From Ginglymostoma cirratum (Eukaryota): 49,867 nucleotides of DNA. A model generated the notes under the pieces. That model was not told where the DNA came from, searched no databases, and worked only from the letters and a program-made list of their open reading frames with translations. How positions within the stretch are numbered: the stretch's first letter is position 1; each line of letters opens with the position of its first letter. Positions 13,712-26,897 of the stretch are shown here, piece by piece. The position numbers and the translations under genes are program-made. The DNA is taken from NCBI GenBank assembly GCA_024137785.1, contig JAHRHZ010000018.1, positions 124,001 to 173,867 on the forward strand. Direction: 5' to 3'.

Positions 13712-14339
13712 CTGTAAGATACCAAAAACTGAAGTTTAATTTCACATCAGTGACATAAATCAAGTAAGCACATGGATTTCAGTCCTTTGGAACAGTTGGT
13801 TTCATACCAGAGTAATGGAGACAGAGAGCTCTCTCTTAATATAAGATTCATTTCAGGCACAATGTGAGGATAGGACTGTCCTGAGGGATGTACTCCAAAC
13901 CCGCAAACTGGAGGAGCAGCACGTCATATTCGCCTCAGGAGCCTACAACCTAATGGGCTAAACATGGATTTTACCAGTTTCAACATCTCTCCACCCCCAG
14001 CCTTATCCGATGACCAACCCTCCCTCTCATCCCCACTTCCTTGACCTGACACAACCTGTCCATCTTCTCTCCCACCTATCTGCCCCTCCAACCCCACTGA
14101 AGAATCCCCACCACTCCCTACCTGCGCTCACCTATCACCATCCCACCTACCTCCCCCAGCCTGAACTATCCTCTCTCTATTTACTTAAGAGCTCCCTTCC
14201 CCCTCCTCGTTTCTGAAGAAGGGTCCTGACGTGAAACATCATCTTTCCTGCTCCTCTGATGCTGCTTGGCCTGCTGCGTTCCTCCAGCTTCACACTGTGT
14301 TTTCTCTGACTCCAGCATCGGCAGTTCTTCCTATCCCAG

Positions 14340-15070
14340 ATGGAGAGAGAATGTTTCCCTTTGTGCAACAATTTAGAATTGGTTTAGGGTAAGGGGCAGT
14401 AGATTTAAAACAGAGATGAGGAGAAATTAGTTCACTTAAAGTGTCATGAATCTGTGGAATTTACTCCCACAGAGTTTGGTGGATGCTGGGAAATTGAGTA
14501 AATTTAAGAAGGAGATGGGCAGAATTTTAATTAGTAACAGATTAAACAGCTATGGAGAGCAGGCAGAAAAGTGGAGTTGAGACTGAGATGAGATCAGCCA
14601 TGATCATATTAAATGGTGGAGCATAACTGAGGGGCTTAATGGCCTACTCCTGCTCCGAGTTCTTATATTCAATTTCTCTCATAATAAGACAAAATCCCAT
14701 TAGTCTTCTCAATCATGGCATGTATCTGGAAGCTAACTTTCTTTGACTCCTGTACAAGAACACAAAGATTCTTCTCAGTGCTGGCAGTCTTTTCCTCTTC
14801 ATGTAATACTCTGCCTTTTTGTTTTTTTTCTGTCAAAGTGAAGAACTTCACATTTTCTCACATCATACTCCATCTGCGAGATTAATACCCAATGTCTCAA
14901 TTGATCTATATTCACCTGCGACTGCATTATATCTTCTTCACAATATAATTCCTGACGGATCACATCTGTGAATTTAGCCAACGTGCCTTCACTCCCCTCA
15001 CCTGAATCATTGATATAAATTGGAAAAGCACTGAATCCTATGAGACTCCACTGATCACTTACTGCCATCA
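14340..15070. mobile_element. Two opposed CR1 fragments
   Basis: A + strand 3' end at about 14340-14670 and a - strand RT piece (IYINDSGEG...LAKFTD) at about 14690-15070. Confidence 0.7.
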
Positions 15071-16657
15071 GTTAAAATATGGCAGAAAACCTTTCACCCT
15101 CCTTCACAGCAAGTGACCTCCATCAAAGGATTCTGCTGTGACAGATTGAACAGTCACCCTTGCTCCTATATCACAGGGTGCTGCAGGTTAATGAGGAATG
15201 TGAGTTGTGGAAAAATTGCATCCTCTCTCTCTCTCTCTCTGAGCCCACCAGCTGTTGGGATCTGTGGCTGCTTGTTTACCCAAAATCCTCCTGTTAATTC
15301 CACAGGGAGCTCTCAGATCCGAAGCTTATTGGATTCTCAATCAGCTGTAGCTCTCTTCCAGGATGAGAGAGCGGACATAGGGCAGTGGCTGGGTCTGGAT
15401 GGAGACTAGCAAGAGTTTACTCTGAAAGTGGTAACCACTTTGAAGCAAGTTACGAGGGAGGGAATGTCTGGGCAGAGTGGAGAGAGAATAGAAGGGAAGG
15501 TCTGTGATTGGATGGAAGATCGGCGAGATCAAATGAATCACAGCAAACAAGGACACAGATTGTGGGAGAAAACAGCAGTGAAGACAATCTGAATTTCATG
15601 AAGTTAGAGCTGAGTTTGCAAAACTGTAGAATCCCAGGTCAAACATGGTTTTCCTTGAGCTTATGTTGAGTTTCATTGAAACAATGTTTGAGGTCAAGAT
15701 CAGAGTGGGAGTGAGAATTAAGATGAGTGTCTGTAAGCATAGCAGTGATGGACGATGTGACCTCCACAGCGGGCCACTGGGTGCCTGGCTGACATTCTGC
15801 ATCAGCTCCCATGTCTCACTGACACTTAATTGAAGGTAACAATGTGCTTCACTACTGGAACCTTCTAGCCAACAGGCACCCCCAGCTTTGTGTGCTCACA
15901 AACATCTTTCCCCCTTCCCCACATATCTGCTGACTGATGAAAACCCACAGTGATCCATGCTGCCCCTCCCTTCTCCACACCACAACCACCCACTTGGTGC
16001 ATCTCCTCCATGTGAGTGCTCTGTATGGACAAACATTCCTGAGCAAGGTCCACCAACAAGACATCCTTCAGATCAAGGAATGGGAGACAGTGGGTTACCA
16101 CTGACACATTCTCCCCTTGTGACAAAGGCTATCTGTCAAAGGGCTGTCTTGGACCTCCCGCACTGAGAGTGGGCCTTGATGAACAGGGTGGGAACCAGCC
16201 AGAGCCCCTGAATCAGCTAGCTCCCTCCCTCAGGAAACCTCAGTCCAAAACCCTCCGTCAGATACGCATGAAGAGACACAGCCTACCCTGTTCCTTTCCA
16301 GTCAGTGTCCCCTTAACAGACAAATGGGCTCATCATAACCACCCCAGCAAATGAGGAGGGGATCACTGGACTCTAGAGGTTTTCATTTGGCGAATAATAA
16401 TTTGGAATATTCCACCAACAATCAGCCAGTCAGAAATATCTCCCGAAAGAGTAGAAAGAGAGATTGACAATTGCTGATTTGATCAGTTGTGAACACTGTA
16501 GAGCTCAAGTGAAAAAAGGTACTTTTTGAGAATTTTTTAAAAAATTTAAGCCATGAATTAAAAGTTTAAAGTAAATATGATTAAATGATCCCCAATCCCA
16601 GCCTCTCCGTCCACCACACAATCAGAGATCAGTTAGTATCATGTAAACAGGACTTAC

Positions 16658-17002
16658 CCATTACTGTCAGCTGGGTTCCATTCCCATTGATATCTCCCCA
16701 CACTTTACAGTAATAGACCCCAGTGTCACTGGGCTGCATATTTGTGATGGTCAGAATGAAGCTGTTACTGGAGGGGTCTCTGGAAGACTGGAATCGCTCA
16801 GTCAATCCTGGGCTCCATTGTGTGATGTTCCTCACGTCATGTGTTAAAACCCACTTTGTGTTGTTCCCCGGTAGCTCCCAGTACCAGTGAACATCGGTGT
16901 GTGTCACTGCGGCATTCCTCATGGTGCACTGTAACCGGGCAGTGTGACCCTCAGTGACATGTTCCAGGCTCGGAGACTGGAGAAGGACTGGGATGTTTGC
17001 AA
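16658..17002 (-). CDS. Exon: Ig V-set domain D4
   Basis: Acceptor cttgccttaaag|TT and donor ATGG|gtaagt; 345 nt, phase 1-1. ANIPVLLQSPSL...LQCTMR...VHWYWELPG...DTGVYYCKVWGDINGNGTQLTVM. Confidence 0.93.
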
Positions 17003-17140
17003 CTTTAAGGCAAGAATATAAACAATGTACAAACTGGACTGCAATCTGAAAATTGTCCTCAATATTTCAGTTGAAAAGTCAGTCAGCATGCACTATCTTG
17101 TCATGAACGCACAGAAATAAAACTAAGCAATTTAGAAAGA

Positions 17141-17523
17141 TCCCAAAACCAGCCCAGCTCATCTCCACCTCCCTAACCTGTTTTTCCACTCACCTCAAGC
17201 CACACCCCCATCTCCTATCTACTAACATCATCCCGCCCCCCTGACCTGTCCGTCCTCCCTGGACTGACCTATCTCCTCCCTACCCCCCTACCTACACTCA
17301 CCTTTACTGGCTCCATCCCCGCCTCTTCGACCTGTCTGCCTCCTCTCCACCTATCCTCTCCTCTATCCATCCTCTATCCGCCTCCCCCTCTCTCCCTATT
17401 TATTTCAGAACCCTCTTCCCGTCCCCCATTTCTGATGAAGGGTTTAGGCCCGAAACGTCAAGTTTTCCTGCTCCTATGATGCTGCTTGACCTGCTGTGTT
17501 CATCCAGCCCCATGCTTGTTATC
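17141..17523 (+). mobile_element. Penelope-like 3' terminal fragment of the same family
   Basis: Near-identical to 27877-28260, with the same end gcttgttatc. Flanked by ttagaaaga (17132-17140 / 17524-17532). Confidence 0.88.
17428..17463 (+). ncRNA. Minimal hammerhead ribozyme motif in a Penelope-like terminal repeat
   Basis: ATTT-CTGATGA-aGGGtttaggCCC-GAAA-CGTC-AAGT: conserved CUGANGA and GAAA boxes, a GGG/CCC stem II, a palindromic ACGT helix III, a GUC cleavage triplet and a short helix I. Confidence 0.7.
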
Positions 17524-18199
17524 TTAGAAAGAAAACCAATCTGTCTTTAAAATGCACATGCAGAATCTTACAAAAAGGCTCCCATAAATCACATGACTTC
17601 CTTTACAGATTCACCTGCAATTGGAATCTCTCCGTAATTATCGGAGGGAAAACGACAAGGACAGTTTTGAATGTTAGTGAACTTTCTGAAAGATAAACAG
17701 AAACTCATTGGCAGTACCATCTCTAAAGGTCTGACTGTCTCCTCCTGTATCATCAAAAACCTGAAAGAATGTGAGGTATAAACAGAGAATGCTGGAGAAA
17801 CTCAGCAGGTCTGGCAGTACCTGTGGAGAGAGAAACAGAGTTCACGTTCACAACTCACTCAGCTCAATGCCGGGAGCTGCCCTTACAGCTGACTCCTGGG
17901 GTGTCCACATAACATGGCTGCTCTCAGCCAGATGCTAATACATTTCACATTTCAAAAATATACCTGCACCCAAACCATCAAACCATGTCAGTTATTGTGT
18001 TATCCCCGTCTGGAGCACTGATCCTGCATTGTCCTGGAGCTGAGGAAATGAACTTTTTAACTGTCTCAGCCTTTAGAAGCAGAGAACCCTTGTGATACGG
18101 AAGGAGGCCATTCAGCCCATCAAGTGTACAGCGACCCTCCAAAGAGCATCCAACCCAGACCTACCCCCTACCCAAGTCCTGTGAACTTGCATTTTCCAT

Positions 18200-18425
18200 G
18201 GCTAATCCACCTATCCTGCATATCCCTGGATACTATGGACAATTTGGCACGACCATTACACCTAACATGCACATCTTTGGACTGTGGGAGGAAACTGGAG
18301 TACCCGAAGAAAGACCATGCAAATATGGACACAATGTGCAAACTCCACACAAACAGTCGCTCGAGAATAGAATTGAACCGGGTCCATGCAGCAGTGGGGC
18401 AGCGATGCTAAACAACATGCCGCCA
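18200..18425 (-). mobile_element. HE1-like V-SINE
   Basis: Minus strand shows a tRNA head and the V-SINE core tgtgtggagtttgcac...ccagtttcctcccacagtccaaagatgtgc. Confidence 0.75.
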
Positions 18426-19697
18426 ATAGGTGCATGGGCTCTTAATCATGTTGGTAAAAGCAAAATAACACGGATTTCTAGAAATCTGAAATCAAACAGA
18501 AAGTTCAGGAGAAATTCAACAAGACTGGTAGCATCAGTGGACAGAGAATCAGAGTTGAAGTTTCGAGACCAAATTTTGCTTCATAACAGATTTGAAGAAG
18601 GATTATAAAAAAAAATCAAACAGTGGCTACAAGAACAGGTGAAAGGCTGGGAATCTTCCAAGGAAAATCTCACCTCCTGGTTTCCCCAGGACTGTCCACT
18701 ATCCACTAAGATCATGTCAGGAGTTTGATGGAAAACACTGTATTTACTCGGATGAATAAGGCTTTAATATCACTCAAGAAGTTTAACAGCATCCAAGACA
18801 ACACAGTGCACTTCTTCATAATCCCATCCACCACCTTAATGTCCACTCGCTCCATCACCAACACTCTGTCACTGCAGTGTGTACTATCTATAAGATGCAC
18901 TGCACAAATTCACCATGGTTCCTTAGACAGCACCTTTCAAATCCACACCCACTTCCATCTAGAAGGACAAGGCAGCCAATACGTGGGAAGCCACAACCCT
19001 CTGCAAGTTCCCTTCCAAGCCACTCACCATCCCTACTTGGAAATACATTGTTGTTCCTTCTGTGTCCTGGGTCAATGTCCTGGTATTCCTTCCCTAAGGG
19101 TATTGTGAGTCTACTTACATCACATGGACTGCAGTGGTTCAACGAGGCAGCTCACTATTGCCTTCTCAAGGGGCAACTAGCGATGGGAAATAAATGCTGG
19201 CCCAGCAAGTGATGCCCATGTCTCATGACTGAATAAAAGCAGACATCAGGTTCACTAATATCTTTGATGGACAGCAATCTGTAATCTTTTGTCTGACCAG
19301 TATATAAATCCAGAATTGTGGCCAGCTCCAAGCTGCCCACTGAAGCAGGTGGGCAACATGCTCATGATATCAAAACTTTAAACCTGTAGATGTTCAGAGA
19401 GGCAGCTCACAGCCACAAACTGAACGGTAATGAGAGACGAGCAATAAACGCTGGTCTAGACCAGTCACACCCACATCCTATAGACGATAGGAAAAGCATC
19501 GACTCATTCTCATGTTTCCACAATTCAACCCTTCCATTTTATCTCTGGAACAAACTTTCCCACTGTCCATTTCATGCCCCTACATGAAGCATGTTGAATG
19601 AAATTACAAGATTCCACCTGTCTGCTCTACTGTGTGAAGGTAAAACAGTTCCCAGTCAGATCTGTGAGGCTACCAGCATTCCCTCCCATTGCCTTAC

Positions 19698-20045
19698 CAG
19701 TTACATTGAGCTGGCTCCCTGCTCCATAGATGTAGCTCCACACACTGCAGTGGTACACAGCAGTATCATTGAGAGTCACATTCACAAGGCTCAGAATGTA
19801 ACTGTTCCTGCCGACGTTCCTGGAAACATGAACACGATCGTGGAAACCCTGTGCCTTGGTGAGGGTGCCATTCACAAACTGGCTTATCACCCACTCCGTG
19901 TTGCTGCCAGGTCGCTGGTAGTGCCAGTGTACATCAGTGTCATTCACACTGGCATTGTACATGGCACACTGGAACTCGACAGTTTCACCCTCTGGTACCT
20001 TGCTGATCACTGGATACTGAATGAGGACTGGATCAGCCAACGGAT
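19698..20045 (-). CDS. Exon: Ig V-set domain D3
   Basis: Acceptor gtttttcacacccag|AT and donor ACTG|gtaagg; 348 nt, phase 1-1. DPLADPVLIQYP...FQCAMY...VHWHYQRPG...DTAVYHCSVWSYIYGAGSQLNVT. Confidence 0.93.
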
Positions 20046-21806
20046 CTGGGTGTGAAAAACAGATGGAGGTTAACGCAAAGAAATATATTACTCCATCTTT
20101 CAAATCTGAGTAAAATCTCAGAAAGGTTTAATGGTCACCTGCCGTTTAATGCACTACTTTCTAAGGTCAGGGGCCAGAAATAGTACGACCCAACAGGGTG
20201 CACTCTGTCAGCCGTGGTTTATTGGGAGCACCGTGAGTCTGAGGTGGAAGGTGATGGGATTCCCATCCCCTCCTGAGGTTTCAGCAGACATCGGGACCAT
20301 CCAGAGCAGCACAGAGGCAGTGAGTTTGGAACAGCCAGCACTGACCTGAGGTGTTAAAACAAGCCTGTCCTTACAGGAGGATGTGAAAAATTCCCAGGGT
20401 ATCATTCAAGCATCAAAAGAAGAGTTCAGCCAGTTTTCGGGGATGGGGCTATTCATTACAATGCTGTTTGTTGGATCTTTCTATGTATTTTCTCCACCCG
20501 TGACTTCAATGTACCTCATTGGCCGTAAATTATGCTCGGACCCTCTGAGGTTGTGAAAGGTGTTACTGAATAAACAATCTAATTCTTTCATCGTTTCATG
20601 CTGCTGCAACAAAATGACATTGAAAAATTGGGATAAGACATCTCCAAATCTGGGAATAATTTGCTAAGGAGTTGCACTGTACTGATGCAAGGTGCTTATG
20701 TGGAGAGCTGTAACTGTGTGGTGTCCCATCCTCAGGGATAGTCAGACAGAGAATGAGACTCAGAGTGATTGTTCACTCTGCTCACAGGGAGAGGGGACAA
20801 GGACCAGTTTGTCAAGATGTATAAAAGCAAATTGCTGTGGGTGCTTGAAAACTGAGATAAAAACAGAAAGTGATGGAAAAACCCCAATACATCTGGCAGT
20901 ATGTCTGGAGAAAGAAAAAACAGAGTTAATATTCTGGGTTCTGAACAAGTCAATTTGGGCTTGAACTTTAACTTTGTCTCTCTCTCTACAGATGTTGCCA
21001 GACTTGCTGAGTTTCTCCAGTAATTTCTGTTTTTACTATAAATAAATATCATTGACTTGATATAAGAGGTATAACTTCTAAGTTTACAGATGATTCAGAA
21101 ATTTCATGAAGGACAGAAGAGGAGCAGACTATCCAGGACAAAGCAGCCCGCTCAATTGCCATCACATCCACGAACATCCACACTCTCCACCACCAGCACT
21201 CAGTAGCAGCAGTGTGTACCATCCACGAGATACACTGCAGAAATTCACCAAGGCTCCTGAGACAGCGTCTTCCAAACACATGACCACTTCCATCTGGAAG
21301 GATAAGGGCAGCAGATAAATGGGAACACCACCCCCTGCACGTTCCCCTCCAAGCCAGTCACCATCCTGACTTGGAAATATATTGTTGTCCCTTCACTGTC
21401 ACTGGATCAAAACCCTGGAAATCCCTCCCTAAGGGCATTTTGGGTCAACCCACAGCACCTGGACGGCAGCTGTTCAAGAAGGCAGCTCACCACTATCCTC
21501 TCAAGGGGCAACTAAGGATGGGCAATAAATGGCCACCTGCCAAAATGAATTATTCTTTTTAAGTATTTCCATTGAGTTTGAGGAACTGATCACTTCTGTT
21601 CTGAGGTGAAATTGTTACAGAAGATGAATTCCACAATGTCATACTCTGAGGGAGAAGTAACAGCTCCATGGAATATGGGTCAGAAATATGCTGGCAACAC
21701 CACAACCCCAAGTCTCCAGTCCTCGCTCCTCTTTACTGGGAGTGTAAAGTTACTGAGTTCACCATTTTGATGCTGTTTTGCATAAAACAAATTTTCATAT
21801 ACTTAC

Positions 21807-22151
21807 CAGTTACAGTCAGCTGGGATCCATTTCCACTGATATCTCCCCACACTTTACAGTGATAGACCCCAGTGTCATTGGGCTGCACGTTTGTGATGGT
21901 CAGAATGTAGCTGTTATTGGAGGAGTCTCTGGAAGACTGGAATCGATCAGTGAATCCTGGGCTCCATTTTGTGATGTTCCTCACGTCATGTGTTAAAATC
22001 CACTCTGTGTTATTCCCTGGTTGCTCCCAGTACCAGTGAACATCGGTGTCTGTCACTGTGGCGCTCCTCATGGTGCACTGTAACTGGGCAGTGTGACCCT
22101 TGGTGACACGTTCCAGGCTCGGAGACTGGAGAAGGACTGGAGGGTTTGCAA
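21807..22151 (-). CDS. Exon: Ig V-set domain D2
   Basis: Acceptor tttttcttttaaaag|TT and donor ACTG|gtaagt; 345 nt, phase 1-1. ANPPVLLQSPSL...LQCTMR...VHWYWEQPG...DTGVYHCKVWGDISGNGSQLTVT. Confidence 0.93.
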
Positions 22152-23039
22152 CTTTTAAAAGAAAAAGTGTGAATAAATTAAAACTAGTTTGAAGCCTGTT
22201 AAACATCTGAAATACTTAATGAGAAGCAGAGCCGCTTATGTTACCTTGGGTGAACTCCAACCTGTTATCAATCAGCCTGATCGGAAAATCTCACGATTTC
22301 TTTAATTTGAAGAATAAGATCTGATGTTCAGCCACTTCCTCCTCGTGCATAAACTTGTTGCATCTCCGTCCCTCATCCCCAGTCACTGCAGAATCTTCCC
22401 AGTATTCTCCCCACACCACCTTCATATTTCCTAATGACTCAGTCCCCATTTATTAATTGGGAGGGAATGGCCCAGTGGTATTATCGCCGGACTGTTAATC
22501 CAGAGACCCAGGTAATGTTCTGGGGGCCCAGGTTCAAATCCTGCTATGGCAGATGGTGGAATTTGAACGTAATAAAAATCTAGAATTGAGAGTTGACCGT
22601 GACCACATTATCGATTATTGGGAAAAACCCATCGAGGTCACTAATATCCATGAGGGAAAGGGAAACTGCTATCTTTCCTGGTCTGGCCTACATGTGACTC
22701 CAGACCCACATTGAGTTTGAGGAATTGATCAATACTGTTCTGAGGTGAAATTGTTACAGAAGATGAATTCCAAAATGTCATACTCTGAGGGAGAAGTAAC
22801 AGCTCCATGGAATATGGGTCAGAAATATGATGGCAACACCACAACCCCAAGTCTCCAGTCCTCGCTCCTCTGGGCAATTAGGGATGGCCAATAAATGCAG
22901 GCCAGCCAGTAATGCCCACATCCCATGAACTCTCCCTTACTGTACTTTATCCTTTATGATACAGCTCACAGAAGTGAGAGTTTCTTCAAACTCAATGTCA
23001 TCAAAACCCTCCTCAAACAAGTCAGTCAAGTGACTGAGA

Positions 23040-24435
23040 AGACCGGAGGTTGGCTAATGTGGTGCCATTATTTAAGAAAAGTGATAACAAAAAACTAGGG
23101 AATGATGGACCAGTGAGCCTAAAGTCAATCCTGGGTAAACTGTTGGAAGGGATTCTGAGGCTCAGGATTTACATGCATTCAGAAAGACAAGGATTGATTA
23201 GGTATAGTCAAGAGTCTTTGTGTGTGGAAAATTGTGTCCCACTAACTTGAGATTTTTGAGGAGGGAGAAAGAAGTCTGATGAAGACAGAATGGTAGACGT
23301 TGTCAATGTGGACTTCAGCAAGGCATTCGACAAGGTTCCGCATGGTATCCTGGTAAGCAAGGATCACATGGGGTCCAGGGGCACCTAGCCAATAGGACAC
23401 AAAATTGGCTTGAAGGTAGGAGACAGAAGGTGGTGAGGAAGCCTGTGACTCAAGGATCTGTCGTGGTTCTATTGCTTTTTGTCATTTATAAGAATGATTT
23501 AGGTGTGAATATAGGAGGCATGGTTAGTAAGTTTGCAACTGACACAAAGATTGGTGATATAATTGACAACGAAGAAGGTTATTTCAGAGTACAATTGGAC
23601 TTTGATCAGATGGGCCAATGGGCCAAGGAGTGGCAGATGGAGTTTAATTGTGATAAATGTAAGGTGTGCATTTTGCTATGGCAAAGCAGTGCAGGACATA
23701 TACAATTAATGGTAGGGTTCTAGGGCGTGTTGCCAAAAAAAGAGATCTAGAGGCGCAGGTGCATAACTCCTTGAAAGTGGGGTTCACAGGTAGACAGGGT
23801 AGTGAAGACGATGTTTGGCATACTTAACTCCATTGTTCAGTGCATTGAGTCTCGTAGTTGAGATATCATTTTGCGGCTGTACAGGATATTGGTTTGACCA
23901 CTTTTAGAATACTGCATTTAATTCTGGTCTCCCTGCTACAGGAAAGTTGTTGTTAAACTTGAAAGGGTTCAGAAAAAAATTACAAGGATATTGCTGAGGT
24001 TGGAGGGTTTGAGTGACAGGGAGAGACTGAACAGGCTGGGGATATTTTCCCTGGAGCATCAGGGGCTGAGGGGCGACTTTAAAAAGTTTATAAAGTCATG
24101 AAGTGCATGGATAGGGTGAATAGCCAGGTTTTTTTTTCTTGGGGTAGGAGAGTACAAAACTAGAGGGCATAGGCTTAAGGTGAGAGGAGAAAGATTTAAA
24201 AATGATCTGAAGAGCAACTTTTTCATGCAGAGCGTGGAGTGTGTATGGAATGAGCTGCCAGAGGAAGTGGTGGAGCCTGGTACAATTACAACATTTATGT
24301 TGGATGGATATATGAATAGGAAGGGTTTAGAGAGATATGGGCCAAAAGCTGGCAAATGGATTTCGGTCAGATTGCAATGTCTGATCAGCACAGATGAATT
24401 GGACCAAAGGGTGTATTTCCATGCTGTATGATTCT
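23040..24435 (+). mobile_element. CR1-type LINE fragment (decayed RT and 3' end)
   Basis: ANVVPLFKK, QGSV...LLFVIYKNDL...SKFATDTKIG and FFMQSVECVWNELP, broken by frameshifts. Confidence 0.9.
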
Positions 24436-25889
24436 AAGTCACCCGAGTCCATTTGTACTCCCTGCTACTGCTGCTGCTGCTGACTCTTCATCTAATCTCC
24501 ATTCCTTACATTCTCAAAACGATCTGTTCAAATCCATCCAGTTCAGCTCCCAGCTCAGAGCATTGAGCTTGGACCCTGCTCATCCATTGCTGGAGGCAGA
24601 CACTCTCTCACTGACTGAGATACTGTGGGAGAAAATTTCTGTTGTGGAAAGTCTGTATGGATTTCATTACATTCCAGAGAAATATGAAAATGGGAGCTAA
24701 ACCCAGGGTGAATTGCCCCCCCTCCGTGTCCTCTCTCTCATTGTCACTCAGCTGCCCATTTCAAATGGGTTCTCACAGCTTCCAAATGGCACACCAGGGA
24801 AATCTGCTAGAAGCTGGGACTGAAGGAGTGCTTGAGAGTTATCTGCGTTGTTTTCGTTGTTGCACTTTTTGTCTCTGGGTCAATGTCTGCCTGATGTCTC
24901 ATTTAGCATTGACCTCTAGCTGCTTTCTGGAACCTGTCAAGTTGTGAAGCTCCTTCTCTGACTCCTGTGTCCAGCTTGGAGCTTCACCAATATTGACCCA
25001 CACCCACCCCACACCCCATGACCTTGGTAATGACTCCTGTAAGTTTACACAAGGAAGTGAAGTTTAGGAAGGGCCAAAATGTGGAATAAAGCTGACAGAC
25101 AGGGGAGGCAAGATTTATCGGGGATTGGGGTGGCAGATATGAAAATAGTGTCAAGGTCATAACCAGATCAGCAATTAACTTATCAGATGAGGGAGCAGAC
25201 TGAGGAGCTGAATGATCCTATGTCCTAGGGTTGTACATGGCTCAGCAGATTGACATCCCTCGGAATTGGTCCTTGAATATCTGGTTTTCTGTCTCAGTGG
25301 GGACTCAGTGCTGGAGGAGGGATCCTGTGGTCAGTCTCCCTGGGAAATCTTCATGTTTCTTCCTCGATCAGTCAGCTTCCAAATATTTCGGCTTCACTGG
25401 CAAATCCCCCCCAGCCCAGAGTCAACATCAACAATCCCACACATAACCACCCCAAAGTTACAATGCACGTCACTTGTCCTGAAATCTCCTTCAGTGACTC
25501 AGTGTCAAATGCAGGTCGGTAAACACTCCTGTGAGATGTTTTTGAATATGTTGCTGCCAGCAAGGTGTTAGAAAAGTTCACCACCACAAGCCCAGACTGA
25601 GAGGGTTATGCTTCAGGACTTGGCCAGCTTGGTTAATGTCGATACAATGGATGCTCAGAGAGAGCTTTGGATCTATTCAATCCTTTACCCATGTGGAGTT
25701 TATCGGAATTATGCTCATCACCGGTGGATGAAGGACTGGAGTTTTCCTCATTGGACTCTGGGTGTGCGGAGGGGCAGGATAATGGAGAGGGAGTGAAAGG
25801 GGTTTGAGGTGGGGCTTGCTAGAGGTGTCGGGTGGGGGTGTCAGAGTGATAGGTCAAGAGGGGTAATAGAGTGGAGGGCACGGGACACT

Positions 25890-26883
25890 ATGAACATGTA
25901 AAGTAAACAGTATAAATAGAGCATTTGGACCATCTAGCCTGCTCTGCCATTCAAAATGGTCATAGCTGATCACTTTGTTGAGAATTCCATTTGTCCCGAT
26001 AACATTTGGTCCACCTATGTCTTAAAAAAGTCCCACCTCCATGGCCTTTTGATGCACAGCATTCCAAATTTGCAACACCCTCTGTGAGAAACAAAACATC
26101 TCCTCATCTCTGTCCTAAGAGGTCAATCACTAAATTTACACAGTGCCCCCTGGTTCTGGACTCACCAACAAGAGGAAACATCCTTTCCACGTCCACCTTG
26201 TCAAAGCCATAAGGGATGTGATACACTTCAATCAAGATGCTCCTCACTCTTCCAGACTCCAGGGGACACAAACTCAGTCAGTCCAACATTTCCTCATCAA
26301 ACAACCCACTCATTCCAGAGGTTAATCCAATCAGCCTTCTCTGAGCCACTTCCAATACATTTACGTCCTTCCTTCAATTAGGCAATCAAAACTGCACACA
26401 GTATTTGGGATGTGTTCTCACTAATGCCCTGGATAACTACGACATAATACCTTTCCTTTTGGGTTCAATTCTTCTGAAAAATGAAGGTTAGCATCCCATT
26501 AGCTTTCTTGACTACATGCTACATCTGTATCCTAATACTTTGCAACTCACACCTGAAAATCTAGATCTCTCCACACCTTGGAATTCTGCAGTTGTTCACC
26601 TTTTAATTAATGCTCTGCTTCTTTACTCTTCCTGTAAAATACAGCAACTTCACATTTTGCTGCATTGTACTCTATCTGATATGTTGAATGAGTGGACAAA
26701 ACTCTATCACTATCCATCTATATCTCCTTTTGATATCTTCACAACACAATTTCCAATCTAACTGGAATCGGCTGTGACTTTAGCTGACATGCCCTCTCTC
26801 CTCGTATATTGGTGTAAGTTGAGGCCCCAGAACAGACTGTTGTGGGATTCCACCCATCACCCCCTGCTGATCAGAAAGAAACA
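25890..26883 (-). mobile_element. Old CR1 fragment interrupted by the Penelope-like element (continues to ~28400)
   Basis: CR1 3'-end and RT motifs on the minus strand; the sequence resumes after the target-site duplication. Confidence 0.7.
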
Positions 26884-26897
26884 CATTTCTGTATTCT

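Noticed and set aside
24440-25600. Possible additional Ig exon or pseudogene between D1 and D2
   Set aside because: No Cys-Trp-Cys spacing, frequent stops and no recognisable homology by eye.
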